From positions 41,696-105,695 of IMG/VR virus record IMGVR_UViG_3300031992_000042: a DNA stretch of 64,000 nucleotides; one strand, given 5' to 3'. Positions 10,534 through 21,181 of the stretch are shown here, in pieces. The notes under the pieces were generated by a model that did no database searches, was not told where the DNA came from, and saw only the letters and a program-made list of their open reading frames with translations. Origin of the DNA: a virus (lineage: Duplodnaviria > Caudoviricetes). Made by a program: the position numbers and the translations under genes. Numbering within the stretch: the stretch's first letter is position 1; each line of letters opens with the position of its first letter.

Positions 10534-10976
10534 TATGAAATACCTCCTAATAAAGTAGATAATTCTTCTATTATTTCTGGCTGTGCTGATTCAATAAACC
10601 GTTGCTGGACATCTGTCCAATCAAGCATATTGTAAATTTCAGACTCAATAAAAAAAGAAATTTTTTTGTCAAAATTATCGTTTATTAAATCAACTAACCC
10701 TCTATTTTTAGATAAAAAATCAACAGATAGTTTAGCTATATCAATTTCAGCCTTTGCTTTAATTGCTCCAATTCCAAACTTAACTTCTGCAGATAAATAA
10801 TGAGTTAGCATATTATATATTTTTTTATCTTCTTCAGTACTAGCAGCAGATGCACTTATAGTTAATTCGTTTCTCATCATTCCGTATAATGCATTTTTAA
10901 AATACAAAAAAGATGTATCTCCAAAAATAGAGTATAAATCAGTACCCATGTATACCACCCGGCTTTTTCTTTGCAT
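10533..10976 (-). CDS. Putative neck/tail completion protein
   Basis: Synteny. Confidence 0.45.
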   Translation of the reverse strand: MQRKSRVVYMGTDLYSIFGDTSFLYFKNALYGMMRNELTISASAASTEEDKKIYNMLTHYLSAEVKFGIGAIKAKAEIDIAKLSVDFLSKNRGLVDLINDNFDKKISFFIESEIYNMLDWTDVQQRFIESAQPEIIEELSTLLGGIS

Positions 10977-11673
10977 GAAACTTTAACGTTCCATATTCGC
11001 CAAAAATATTTATGCCTACTCTATTTATATCAACAATGTAATATGTTTCATTTCCCCACTCAAACTCATCTTTTATATGAATTTGGGCAGTTTTAGGATT
11101 GTATTGAGTTGTAAATATAGTCAAAGCATTAACAGTTTCTCCGGGTGTCCCAGACACAGTAACATCTTCAGGTCTTCCGTCGTAACGGAAAGCATTGCAT
11201 GGAAGCCTGTCAACAATTTTAATTTTGCCTGATTTAGATCCACGTTTAACATAACCTAAATCATCGACTTCTGCATCTTTAAATCGTTCAATATTTAACA
11301 TCATATTGCATCGTAAAGCACGAGAAGGAGCATTATTCGATTGAAGATGAACTTCCCAGTCTAATATGTAAACCGTATTATCTGGTTCAATAAGCATATC
11401 ACCTTTTCGTATTCCGCTTGAGCGAGAACATCTGATGTTCATATTATTATCTGTATTTTCATATCGACTCTTTGTAGAATCTGGATATATTTCTCCACGA
11501 ATATATGTCGGCTTATAGTCTTTTTCAAACTGGTCATACCAATTATGAAGAAGTTCAAAATCCATATTCGTATCTGGAATATCCTGTTCTAAGAATTTAT
11601 CAAAGTCAGCGGCAAGCGTCCTCGGGACCCTAAACCGCTTGGTAGTACCTTGCGGTACATAGGGAATAGACAT
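10939..11673 (-). CDS. Putative head closure / head-tail joining protein
   Basis: Synteny; beta-rich sequence. Confidence 0.5.
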   Translation of the reverse strand: MSIPYVPQGTTKRFRVPRTLAADFDKFLEQDIPDTNMDFELLHNWYDQFEKDYKPTYIRGEIYPDSTKSRYENTDNNMNIRCSRSSGIRKGDMLIEPDNTVYILDWEVHLQSNNAPSRALRCNMMLNIERFKDAEVDDLGYVKRGSKSGKIKIVDRLPCNAFRYDGRPEDVTVSGTPGETVNALTIFTTQYNPKTAQIHIKDEFEWGNETYYIVDINRVGINIFGEYGTLKFHAKKKPGGIHGY

Positions 11674-11682
11674 ATTGCCACC

Positions 11683-12012
11683 TCATTTCATTGTTCTTGC
11701 AAGATATTCACTAAAAGGCATTGTTGTAGCTTTCACGCCCTTAAAAGAAAGATTTTCAGGCAATCGTCTAACAGCATTTGCTTGATCTAAAAGCTTATGT
11801 CTAATTTTTTGAAACCTTTCTACTAATTCAGGAGACCAGTCTTGTTTTTGCTTGTTTCCTGAAAAATAATAAAACGCATCTTCTACATCCATTAGTATAC
11901 GTTTTAACTCTAAACTGAGCATTTCTGTATAGTCGATAAAGTCATATTCTTTTTCGACTACAGTTTCAAGATCTTTATTTTTATATTCGATCTTCACTCT
12001 AAAATCACTCAT
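11683..12012 (-). CDS. Hypothetical morphogenesis-region protein
   Basis: ORF track. Confidence 0.55.
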   Translation of the reverse strand: MSDFRVKIEYKNKDLETVVEKEYDFIDYTEMLSLELKRILMDVEDAFYYFSGNKQKQDWSPELVERFQKIRHKLLDQANAVRRLPENLSFKGVKATTMPFSEYLARTMK

Positions 12013-12024
12013 TTACTTTCACCC

Positions 12025-12468
12025 TTAAGTCTCGTTTGTATCACGAGCCATCATTTTATGAAAAACACGAATCCGATCAAGTTCGAGATCATCGATTTCC
12101 TGTTGTATCGATTTATATCCCTCTTTTGCTCCTGTTACAGATAACGCATCTGTTGTATAACTCATAGCTGCATCACCAGCAACATCGTTAAAAACTTTAC
12201 GATAAAAATTTAACTTGCAAAGAATATAAATGTATTCTTCTTGGACAATATCAAAATCATGATCATAACAAACATTTTCTTCTTCGTCAGTTGTAAACAA
12301 AGTTCGGTCATAACTATTAGGGTGGTTGACGTCAACAAAAAACCTTTTAATTGCCCATACTACGATTTTTACAAAATCTTCTGGATACATAGGCGTAGGT
12401 GTACTTTGCCAATCTAACTCTTCTTTGAGCTGATCAGCTGTTTCCTGAATATTGTACACATCAGCCAC
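12025..12468 (-). CDS. Putative head-tail adaptor
   Basis: Helical ~150 aa protein after capsid genes. Confidence 0.5.
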   Translation of the reverse strand: MADVYNIQETADQLKEELDWQSTPTPMYPEDFVKIVVWAIKRFFVDVNHPNSYDRTLFTTDEEENVCYDHDFDIVQEEYIYILCKLNFYRKVFNDVAGDAAMSYTTDALSVTGAKEGYKSIQQEIDDLELDRIRVFHKMMARDTNET

Positions 12469-12479
12469 TCCTTTCTAAA

Positions 12480-12947
12480 TTATTGTTCGCTCTCTTCTTC
12501 TTCGAGAAGATCACGATTGGGCATTTTAGCATTCAGAACCTTCAACTTGCTTGCTGGAAGGTCCATCTTTTTGCCAACTTCCCAAATTTCATGGATTTCA
12601 ACAGGATCTTCAATCTTGTTAATCCAAGACTTAAAAGCATTAAAAGGCTTTTTAAGATTTGCTTCAATTTCTTTGGCGTTATGATGTACAGCCGTAGATT
12701 CATCCGTGAATCCGCCTACATCTTCAAGTGTTAAGTCTTTGCCATTATCATCTACAGGAACTAACATTTTTCCTGAGAAGAATTTACGATGAGTACAAAT
12801 ACTCTCTATATAGAGAATATCGTTAACAGACAGCACGGCAAAGCTGCCCGGTTTAATATTTAAAGATTGTTGACCGTTGTTAACATAAACACCGATAGCG
12901 TGGTTACAACGATTATATACGCGATATCTCGCATCTCCGTTAATCAT
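12480..12947 (-). CDS. Hypothetical protein downstream of capsid gene
   Basis: ORF track. Confidence 0.6.
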   Translation of the reverse strand: MINGDARYRVYNRCNHAIGVYVNNGQQSLNIKPGSFAVLSVNDILYIESICTHRKFFSGKMLVPVDDNGKDLTLEDVGGFTDESTAVHHNAKEIEANLKKPFNAFKSWINKIEDPVEIHEIWEVGKKMDLPASKLKVLNAKMPNRDLLEEEESEQ

Positions 12948-12989
12948 AATTCCTTCATACCTTTCATCGAAATAAAAATATCAAAAATA

Positions 12990-13017
12990 GGGAAGCGAGC
13001 CGTAAAGCTCGCTTCCC
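12990..13017 (-). terminator. Terminator after major capsid gene
   Basis: GGGAAGCGAGC-cgtaaa-GCTCGCTTCCC followed by TATTTT on minus strand. Confidence 0.75.
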
Positions 13018-13034
13018 GTAAAACCAAATAATGA

Positions 13035-14036
13035 TTAGCCGATCTCATACGCACCGATGGTGGGAATGGAACCAACAACAAACGCAGCACCGAAGCGCTG
13101 AGTCAGTTCAGTTTCAAACGTATGATCATCGATAGTCTGTTGAGTCATGCTATAGGTCGGACCTTCGTTCAGAACCTTCAGGTTCTTCTGATCGTTGGAC
13201 ACACCGGCAGAGATAATGTAAATCCAGTCGGGGTTCAGGATCGGAGTGGTCTTGCCATCTTCATAAGCATTGATCATAGAGATAACAGCAGCGCCATTGT
13301 AACGACCAAGGTAGCCATTGTTATTCTTCTCATCGATCATGCTGCCACTATACTGAACACTATTGTTGTTAACAGGAGCGCCAGACAGAGCAAACAGACC
13401 TTCAACAGCAGCAGCGTCACCAACAAGGCTTACGCCGCCAAGCCGCTTAAAGTACATCAGCTGATCGTCGATAGTGTTCTTAACGATACCAGTACCAGTG
13501 CCGTAGAACGGAGTGCTGTAAGCACCGCTGGACAGAGCATCATGCAGAACCTTTTCAACATACTTCAGCTTCAGCATAGTGAATTCTTTGTTTGCATCAC
13601 GAATCAGGTCAGGCATATTGATCCGGTTCATACGAATGTCCCAGATATTGATAGCCGGACGGCTCGCGATTTCGAAAGTATTAATAGAGAACTGACGATC
13701 AGTCACGTAGCTCCGAGCGGTGGTAGCACCAGTCGCTTGGATAAACGCCTTGATGCCAGCAGTCTTCATGCGATACATGGGACGGTCACCCAGAGCTACG
13801 TTACGCACATCCGCAAAAGTCTCGATGAAATTCAGAGAATTCTGTTGCAGTTCATTGATGGTGAACGCAATAATCTGACCAATTTCATGCTGATGCTGAG
13901 GAGACATATCCTGAGCCAGCTCGTTGACGATAGCGGAAGCCTCTTCGACCTTGTCGGATTCGACCCGTTCATTACGGACCTGAGCAGCCATTACTTTAAT
14001 GAGCTTGCTGTCCTTATCAACCCTAATTTCAGCCAT
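13035..14036 (-). CDS. Major capsid protein (HK97 fold likely)
   Basis: 333 aa, strong RBS, highly expressed codon bias, position after protease and decoration genes. Confidence 0.8.
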   Translation of the reverse strand: MAEIRVDKDSKLIKVMAAQVRNERVESDKVEEASAIVNELAQDMSPQHQHEIGQIIAFTINELQQNSLNFIETFADVRNVALGDRPMYRMKTAGIKAFIQATGATTARSYVTDRQFSINTFEIASRPAINIWDIRMNRINMPDLIRDANKEFTMLKLKYVEKVLHDALSSGAYSTPFYGTGTGIVKNTIDDQLMYFKRLGGVSLVGDAAAVEGLFALSGAPVNNNSVQYSGSMIDEKNNNGYLGRYNGAAVISMINAYEDGKTTPILNPDWIYIISAGVSNDQKNLKVLNEGPTYSMTQQTIDDHTFETELTQRFGAAFVVGSIPTIGAYEIG

Positions 14037-14050
14037 TGCAATTCACCTCC

Positions 14051-14497
14051 TTAACCAATTGTACCGTCAGCCTTCAGGGTGTACACAGCACCAGCAGTAG
14101 GCGTTCCGGTCACGCAGGTAGTAACAAACTCTTCGCCCAGTAACAGAGCGTGAGCCCGCATCAGTTCACCGACAGGCTGCGTATAATTACGCTTGTCGTA
14201 TTCCTGATAATCTTCAACATTAAATTGACGTTCGTTTTCAACTAAGAAATGGCGCTTGCCAATTTCCTGAACTTGAAAACGATAGGCAGTCATGCCACCA
14301 TAGATATCGGTAACTTCCATGCAAAGGAACTTCGCACCAGTATCAGCAGCCGGAAGAACCAGTGCATCATTGGTAGGAGGAGTTGTGGAAGCTAAACCCT
14401 GATCCATGATAAGACCATTCGGCACAGGATTAGCAGCACCATTCTTCAGAGTGCCTTCATAAACATAACCCTGAAGCTTTGTCATATATCCAGCCAT
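14051..14497 (-). CDS. Putative capsid decoration protein
   Basis: Size and position between scaffold and MCP. Confidence 0.55.
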   Translation of the reverse strand: MAGYMTKLQGYVYEGTLKNGAANPVPNGLIMDQGLASTTPPTNDALVLPAADTGAKFLCMEVTDIYGGMTAYRFQVQEIGKRHFLVENERQFNVEDYQEYDKRNYTQPVGELMRAHALLLGEEFVTTCVTGTPTAGAVYTLKADGTIG

Positions 14498-14526
14498 AGC
14501 TAGTCATACCTTTCATTTAGATTTTC

Positions 14527-15882
14527 TCAAGCCTTTTCAAGCAGAGAATAAGACGCCGTTTTGGTTTCTTTTTCAAGCAGAGAATATTTCCCTGTTGCAT
14601 TAAGATCACCCATAAACGGATTGATTTCGCCTACAACTGGTTTCGCTTCGGCAATTTGCTTCTGCTCTTTCAGCTCAGCGATTTCAGACTTAAGCTCGCT
14701 AATCATGTCAAGCATTTCTGCAATTAACTGTTCAGCGGTCTTTTTCTGTTCTACATTAATAACAGGTGGGTCTTCTTCAGCAGCAGGTTCGGTTTCGCTC
14801 TGGTCGTTGCCAGACCCTGAATCACCGGACTCACCGGAATTATCCCCATTTTGTGTTTCAGAATTGTTGGTTTCACCGCTAGTTTCTCCGTCTCCAGATT
14901 CGCCTGCGCCGTCTCCATCCGCTTCTGCAACATGAATACCATCAACTGTTTCAACCAGAGTACCTTCCTGGACATCATTACTGCATGTTTCAATCGTTAC
15001 AGTCTGGCTAACTTCTTTGCCAGTTTCTGTATCGTATGCAACACTGGTATGACGTTCTTCATGATATTCACGAGTTACAACAGCTGCGTTTTCTGCCTCA
15101 GCAGTTTCTGTGCTTTCAGCAGTTTCTTCTTCAGCCTTTTCCTTTTTCTTGCAGGCTGCATTTTCGGTTTCTTCTTCAGATTCGGCATTTTCAGCTTTAT
15201 CTTCTGTTTCAACCTTTTCTTCTTCAGCCAGTTCAGGCTGTGTGGCTTCGGTCTCAACGACTTCAGCCTTGGTTTCGACTTCTGCCATTTCACTTTCACC
15301 CTTTCTGGTTTCATCTGTGTTCTTCTGTGCTACTAATTCAAGTGCCACAGCTTCTTCACAGGCGGGATAGGTCACAATGGCTGTGCCTTCCAAATAGTTG
15401 TTTTCAGACGCATCGATCAGAATTGTTTCATCATCAAGTTCGGTGTACTCACCAACAGAAAGTTCGAAAGAAAATTTCAGAGCATTATCGGCAAATAATT
15501 CGGATATTGCTTTGCTTAACTTTTTGTTGCGCTTTGGAATACGAGCGTATCCAACCAAAGCACAGCCGTTCTGTATAGTTTGTTTTTCGAATTGATAAAA
15601 ACTTCCGATCTGCGTTGAATGGAACTCGCCTGTTCTGACATCGTACAGATGACCAAGGCGATTATAATTTCCATTAGTCAGAGCCTTGACGTCCGCATAA
15701 AGCGGAAGACCTACATACCGCGCTTCATTACCTACAATTTCATCGATGAAAGCTTCGGTAACTCTTGCTCCGTTAAGATTAGCCTCAGGAGCTTCGCATA
15801 TGCGAGCCTTGACAGTCATAAAAACATCCGACTGCTGGATTTCGGAAATGGTAGACGCAAAGACAAGTTTGCTCATAACCAT
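14527..15882 (-). CDS. Prohead protease / scaffold fusion
   Basis: N-terminal LGH..FSFE protease-like motifs; long acidic low-complexity C-terminus. Confidence 0.65.
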   Translation of the reverse strand: MVMSKLVFASTISEIQQSDVFMTVKARICEAPEANLNGARVTEAFIDEIVGNEARYVGLPLYADVKALTNGNYNRLGHLYDVRTGEFHSTQIGSFYQFEKQTIQNGCALVGYARIPKRNKKLSKAISELFADNALKFSFELSVGEYTELDDETILIDASENNYLEGTAIVTYPACEEAVALELVAQKNTDETRKGESEMAEVETKAEVVETEATQPELAEEEKVETEDKAENAESEEETENAACKKKEKAEEETAESTETAEAENAAVVTREYHEERHTSVAYDTETGKEVSQTVTIETCSNDVQEGTLVETVDGIHVAEADGDGAGESGDGETSGETNNSETQNGDNSGESGDSGSGNDQSETEPAAEEDPPVINVEQKKTAEQLIAEMLDMISELKSEIAELKEQKQIAEAKPVVGEINPFMGDLNATGKYSLLEKETKTASYSLLEKA

Positions 15883-16189
15883 TCTCCCTTTGCTTTGCGT
15901 TCAGTGGTGGGAGACAAAGAGCGCAAGGCTAATCTATACAAACACCTTTCGGTGGATGTATTAAAAAATGCTGGGACTTATACACAAAGGATGCCCAGCC
16001 GCTACCAAGGTGCGCATTACAAATAAAATTTTTAAGGAGGAGGAATCTTACCTATGAAAGTTTTGAAGAGGCGCTGGTAGCACTATTAAATAAATCGATT
16101 TTATAGGGATATCGTAACCGCAACAACGTTGCATTCAGGCGCAACAAACCATTACTGCTCTTGACTTTATTTATAGACGCGCAAAGCTT

Positions 16190-17773
16190 TTACGTCTCGT
16201 CATCCATAGATCCTTCTGGATTGCTCGGCTTGGGCTGTTTACCTCTTACTGCCGCTTCTGGATCGGATGTACGTTCGTCGTCTTCCTTTTTAGGGCGTCC
16301 GACTTTATTATTTGTACTGCTTGTTGAATTATCTACATAAGTTGTATTACCAAGCTCTCTCGGTAACATAACCTGATCTGTACCATCTTTCTTCTCGTTT
16401 TCACGATTTTCTCTTTCGATTTCGAGAGAATATCCGTTAATATCAAGCATATGCTTCGTAGAAATAACACCCTTCTCCCAAAGCTCAATGGCCTTTTCAC
16501 GAAGAGCTTTTTTACCTTCGATAGAAAGCGGCTGAAAATGAAATTCAGGTGTTTCTTTTAAGTTATATGTTCCCGGAATGCTTTCTGCTAAACGTTTATT
16601 GATTTGTGTCATCATGTCGCAGAACTCATCTCGAACAGCATTAATACGAGCTTCTGCTGTTTGAGTAGAAACCTGAGCAGAAGCGAACGTAGAACCGTCT
16701 TCAGATATACCTGTAACTAATACACCGCTTATACCGCCTGCAGAAAGAATATCGTTGTTAACGTTTCTGTATTTATCCCATTGGAATAAATCGTCCATGT
16801 CGAACTGGACAGTTTCTGCTGAGGCTAAATGATTTGTAACAGCTAGCGGCGTACCGCTCATTGCAGATAAGAATATCTTACGGACAGCAGCTAATTGCGG
16901 TTGATCTGGAAGAACATCGTTTATCTTTGAGCTTTCGCCATATTTAACATGCACAAAACTACGTTTACCGATATTAAGCATCGCATCCTCGTAGCTTGAA
17001 ATAAGCTCTTTTTTAGCAAGAGCCCTAAGTGCGGACGCAATAAAAGGAATAGCGTATCTTTGCCAGCTTTCTTTAGATCCTTGTAAAACAAATGTATTTG
17101 CCGGATCAAGCTGCGCATATTGTTGATTACCCTTAACAGCTTTCTGAATTTCTTCTGGATAACCTTTTAAAATATAATCAACATTACTATCCTTAACATA
17201 GTTTTCTTTAACGCTATAACCTTTTTGTTGAATATCGTTAATAATACTTTGGCAGTCGAAATCAATAATAGGAGTTCCGTTAAACATTGTATTACCGATA
17301 CGCCACTTATTCGGAGGTAAAGTAATAAGATCTCCGTCTTTAAGATAACAACAAACGTTGTTATATTTCCAGATTTCAAGCATAATAGCGTCTATTTTTT
17401 CTCTTAAACGCATACGCTTATATTGTTCTTCGTACAGTTCGTAAGTCTTTTTCTTGGAACCTGTAAGATACCAATCTGAACAGGTAGAAAAGGGAACATA
17501 TACATGTTTAACGATACCATGAACAATTGGATCTGCGTCTGTATAATAATCAGCTAATTGGTAAAAGTTTTGTATGTTGTCCTGTTTATTACGAAGAATT
17601 GATACATAATCGTATTCCGACAATTCTCCGCTAAAAGTGAAGTTGGAGTTAGAAAAGCTTTGGATTGTTTCCTGATCCTGTTCTTTTCCTGCCCCAACCG
17701 CAGTTATCTTCTTCTGGGGCGGAGTTGCCACAGTTGTTTCGTTTCGACCAAACAGTCGGTCTAATAAGCCCAT
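16190..17773 (-). CDS. Portal protein
   Basis: 527 aa directly after terminase; C-terminal GRP motif. Confidence 0.75.
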   Translation of the reverse strand: MGLLDRLFGRNETTVATPPQKKITAVGAGKEQDQETIQSFSNSNFTFSGELSEYDYVSILRNKQDNIQNFYQLADYYTDADPIVHGIVKHVYVPFSTCSDWYLTGSKKKTYELYEEQYKRMRLREKIDAIMLEIWKYNNVCCYLKDGDLITLPPNKWRIGNTMFNGTPIIDFDCQSIINDIQQKGYSVKENYVKDSNVDYILKGYPEEIQKAVKGNQQYAQLDPANTFVLQGSKESWQRYAIPFIASALRALAKKELISSYEDAMLNIGKRSFVHVKYGESSKINDVLPDQPQLAAVRKIFLSAMSGTPLAVTNHLASAETVQFDMDDLFQWDKYRNVNNDILSAGGISGVLVTGISEDGSTFASAQVSTQTAEARINAVRDEFCDMMTQINKRLAESIPGTYNLKETPEFHFQPLSIEGKKALREKAIELWEKGVISTKHMLDINGYSLEIERENRENEKKDGTDQVMLPRELGNTTYVDNSTSSTNNKVGRPKKEDDERTSDPEAAVRGKQPKPSNPEGSMDDET

Positions 17774-17792
17774 CGGGACTCAGCCCCTTTCG

Positions 17793-19487
17793 TTAAAAAT
17801 GTCCAAACGTTTTTGCGATTCGTTTAGATTCAAAGTCGTCGAAACCTCCGGTAATGCCTACACATACAGGTCCCCGTTTATGAAGTTTTACGCTTTCTTT
17901 TTCAAGTTCAGATATATAGTCATTAGCCATAGCCAATGATGAATATCTGTCCTTATGCTGGTTTGCACGAGGAACGTCATATGTTTTATTACCAGAAGCT
18001 GAAGTTTTTTCTACAATATTTCCCATCTCAAACTGAAGAGCGTCTGCTTCTAAGAATACAGCCATTTCTTCAGTACTGAGTCTTTTGTTTGGATCATCAA
18101 TTTCCTGTTGCTTTGCTCTCATTGTTCTTTCATTCATAGGAAGTTCAATTGTACGTTTTTCCAAAGCAACACGAAGGTTAGTATATATACGTTGATTTAA
18201 CTGGTTTACAGCCCTAAATGGATGTAAAACCTGTTCAGCGTCAGGATTAGTCAATGATTGATCGTCCACCACCAAAGGAGGATATTCTTTTCCTGAAACA
18301 GGATCGATCCATTCTTTATCAAAGAAACGGTCAAAGCTGTCTCCTAATCCACGCGCATCGTATATTATTTTCTCTGTATTAGGAAAACGAAGGTGATAAT
18401 ACTTTCGTACTTCCTCGGCTAAGAAGTCTAACGGTTTACCGTTATAGCTTCTAATATGAACCAGTTTCTTTGCAAAAGAGCCATCGCTTCGTTCTGTAAA
18501 TTTTTCAACAGAAAGAATACTGTTATCAGATCCTTTTGCTTGCGAAGTAGCTATATCCAGACATATCACATATCTGGATTTGGAATTCTTTGGCTGTTCC
18601 ATTTCAACTTGTTCCAACGTCCTGCATGGACTTGTAAGGTCAAAAGGAAACGCCGAATTAGAATTTGCTCCAACAAACTTAGAACCATATTCCATTTGAA
18701 AAATTAAATCAGGCATACGTTCTTTTTCTTGCATAAAGAAATCAATATCAGTAATTCCGTTTGCGGCGGCAGAACGATAGTCTAAAGCACATGCAAAAAC
18801 CGTAGGATCGCCTTTAGCCATTCTTCTAACGTCTTTTACAAATGCTTCATAATATTGATTTGATTTTTCACATGCAGAAGTAATGGTTATTGTTTTAGAC
18901 TGAAAGTCTTTAAAACCATAAGAAAAGCATAATCCTCTTGTTGCGTTTCTTGTAGGATTAACGATTGCTTCCAGTTCGGTCTGGTCAACATCCAAAGCTT
19001 CGTCTACTATAACAATCTTAAAACGGTGACCACGAGCGCTTGACAAAGAAACGCTTTCCAAGGTGCTTCCGTTCTTTAAAGTACATTTAGAACTATCCTT
19101 GGACACTTGCACTAAAGACTTGGAGTTGGACGCTTGTATTTCGTTCGCAACGTGCGGATTTTGGTTTGCTATATCCTTTAGCTTTCCTAATGCTAATGTG
19201 GCTTGCATAGCGGTAGCTGAAATAATACCAACAGGAGTGCCAGGGTATAGAACCCCTAAACCAAACGCGGCAAAAGCTGCAATCCAAGTCTTACCATATC
19301 CACGGGAACAAGTATCCTTAGAGTCGACACAATTGCCTATTTGCCGAACCATGACATGTTGAGTTCTTGTAAGTTTCGTCGGAGGAAAAGCATCCTCCAA
19401 AAAAACATCTAAGTGTTCACGATAAAACTGTACTTGTTCTTCAACTAAGTTCCAGTCTGTAATAACACCCATTCTTGGCATTGCCAT
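17793..19487 (-). CDS. terL: Terminase large subunit
   Basis: Walker A SRGYGKT, Walker B IVIVDE, nuclease CLDIA and HKDRYSSLAMA. Confidence 0.9.
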   Translation of the reverse strand: MAMPRMGVITDWNLVEEQVQFYREHLDVFLEDAFPPTKLTRTQHVMVRQIGNCVDSKDTCSRGYGKTWIAAFAAFGLGVLYPGTPVGIISATAMQATLALGKLKDIANQNPHVANEIQASNSKSLVQVSKDSSKCTLKNGSTLESVSLSSARGHRFKIVIVDEALDVDQTELEAIVNPTRNATRGLCFSYGFKDFQSKTITITSACEKSNQYYEAFVKDVRRMAKGDPTVFACALDYRSAAANGITDIDFFMQEKERMPDLIFQMEYGSKFVGANSNSAFPFDLTSPCRTLEQVEMEQPKNSKSRYVICLDIATSQAKGSDNSILSVEKFTERSDGSFAKKLVHIRSYNGKPLDFLAEEVRKYYHLRFPNTEKIIYDARGLGDSFDRFFDKEWIDPVSGKEYPPLVVDDQSLTNPDAEQVLHPFRAVNQLNQRIYTNLRVALEKRTIELPMNERTMRAKQQEIDDPNKRLSTEEMAVFLEADALQFEMGNIVEKTSASGNKTYDVPRANQHKDRYSSLAMANDYISELEKESVKLHKRGPVCVGITGGFDDFESKRIAKTFGHF

Positions 19488-19500
19488 AAAGATTCACTCC

Positions 19501-20424
19501 TTATATCGTGTCAAGACCAAGAGACTCAACAATATATCTAAATTCTTCTATAGTTTTGTCAACATCGTCTTTTTCCCATTCTATTTTTCTTTGCATCGTA
19601 TGACCTGTAGTTTCAAGCTGGAAACAAATTTCAGCCCATGAGCCCAAACCACCTTTATCTCCGGGCTTACGCTTGCACGCGGCAAAGTTACCAGTCTTCA
19701 TTAATAGGTCGTACTGCGCAATAGCGTCTTTAACATCCTGCAAATTGCATTTGCCGGACATATAATCGTTTTGCGCTTTATCTGCTAACAACGAAGCTTT
19801 AGCAACTTTCTTAGCGTTATCTCTAAGAGAAGTATCCGAAAGATCGAAGTCTTGCTCTAAACCTTTGTAATAGTTTTTAAGATACTCTAGTTCCGCAGGT
19901 TTAAATTCTCCGTTGAAGAACTCGTCGTAGATTTTTAAATTTTTATCCTTTGCTCTCTGCGGTTCTGATTCTACAATCTGTCCGTTTTCTTTTGCTTCGT
20001 CGTAGTCGTTTGTATTTGCATCCTTTTTATGTTCTTCGTATTTATAGTTCTGAGTTAACTTAAACAACGAAGGCATAATAGGGCAAGCTATCGATTCTAA
20101 TAAAACAGCACGGCGATCTTCGTTAGACTTCTGATAAACAGTTGATTTAGCAGCTTCTAATTCTGCCTGTTTAAGAGCGTTCTCCCAAACATTTTCTTTC
20201 CACATTCGATTGTTTTCCCAGAAGTATCTACGCATTTCGTCTTTTGTTCTTATCTTAGCAAGACATTGTTTACACCATGCGTCCTTATTTCCGTTACTAA
20301 CCCAGTCTCTGTTCGACAAAAAATTCGACAAAGGTTTTGTTTGCCCGCAGTGTATGCACATACGGGTTTGAGCAGGAGGGTTTGTTTTTTTTGGTTTCGA
20401 TACGATGTAAGGCATAACATTCAC
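19501..20424 (-). CDS. Zn-finger protein upstream of terL, possible terminase small subunit
   Basis: CxxC..CxxC at N-terminus; synteny. Confidence 0.5.
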   Translation of the reverse strand: MNVMPYIVSKPKKTNPPAQTRMCIHCGQTKPLSNFLSNRDWVSNGNKDAWCKQCLAKIRTKDEMRRYFWENNRMWKENVWENALKQAELEAAKSTVYQKSNEDRRAVLLESIACPIMPSLFKLTQNYKYEEHKKDANTNDYDEAKENGQIVESEPQRAKDKNLKIYDEFFNGEFKPAELEYLKNYYKGLEQDFDLSDTSLRDNAKKVAKASLLADKAQNDYMSGKCNLQDVKDAIAQYDLLMKTGNFAACKRKPGDKGGLGSWAEICFQLETTGHTMQRKIEWEKDDVDKTIEEFRYIVESLGLDTI

Positions 20425-20828
20425 TCTGTATCGTCTTGAATTAAGTTTTCAATTTCCTGCTCGTTAATTTGAAAACTTACGGTTTTCTTTTCAGCTTCTG
20501 TTAAATCAGATTCTTTAACTTCGATACAGCCTGTTTCTAAAGGAGTTAACTCTTTAGTTGTCTTATCGATCTTTTTCATTGTTTGTTCATGCCTGACTTG
20601 ATTATAAAATTCTGCTAAAGCTAAAAAGAGCTCCGGTGTCTTAGTATATTTATATCTGATAATCGGATACTTAAAATGTTTTTTAGCATAGGTATAGTTA
20701 ATACCTTTATCTTCTAAAAACTGGACTTCACGTTTCCATTGTGTGGAATACTCTTTATCGAACACTTGCTTGGGAACATCTAATTTAACTTCGTTGTCCA
20801 TAAAAATAATCTCCTTTAAGTTAATCAA
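20421..20828 (-). CDS. Hypothetical protein, first gene of late operon
   Basis: ORF track; AAAGGAGA RBS before MDNEV. Confidence 0.55.
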   Translation of the reverse strand: MINLKEIIFMDNEVKLDVPKQVFDKEYSTQWKREVQFLEDKGINYTYAKKHFKYPIIRYKYTKTPELFLALAEFYNQVRHEQTMKKIDKTTKELTPLETGCIEVKESDLTEAEKKTVSFQINEQEIENLIQDDTE

Positions 20829-20849
20829 AATAGGGAAGGAGTATATACT

Positions 20850-20874
20850 TCTCCCTTATACCTAACTTAGAAAG
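20850..20874 (-). promoter_or_regulatory. Candidate phage promoter motif A (late operon)
   Basis: CTTTCTAAGTTAGGTATAAGGGAGA on minus strand; same motif recurs at 28947, 39394, 39451 and 48496. Confidence 0.65.
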
Positions 20875-21181
20875 ACACGGTATCAAAATATACAAAAATG
20901 TATATTTTTCCCTTTTTAGATTTTTGTTTTATATAAGTTTCTTTAAGAGACACGGAAAGAGTTTTAAGAAATATGTTTGAAACTCTGTTTTTTTGTAGGT
21001 CTTAAAACGTAGATGTTGGATTTTGAAAACTGGTTTGGTGGAGAACTTATATATATGAATTCGAAAAGCTGAAAGTTTTTCAGCGTAAATTCGGTAGCAG
21101 CACCCTTGGCTATCGGGTACAACAGGCGAATGAGGGTTGCCTAGCCAGCCGTCTAATCCGCGATAAGGATAAAAAAACAAT

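Noticed and set aside
13122-14054. 310-aa plus-strand ORF
   Set aside because: Antisense shadow of the major capsid gene
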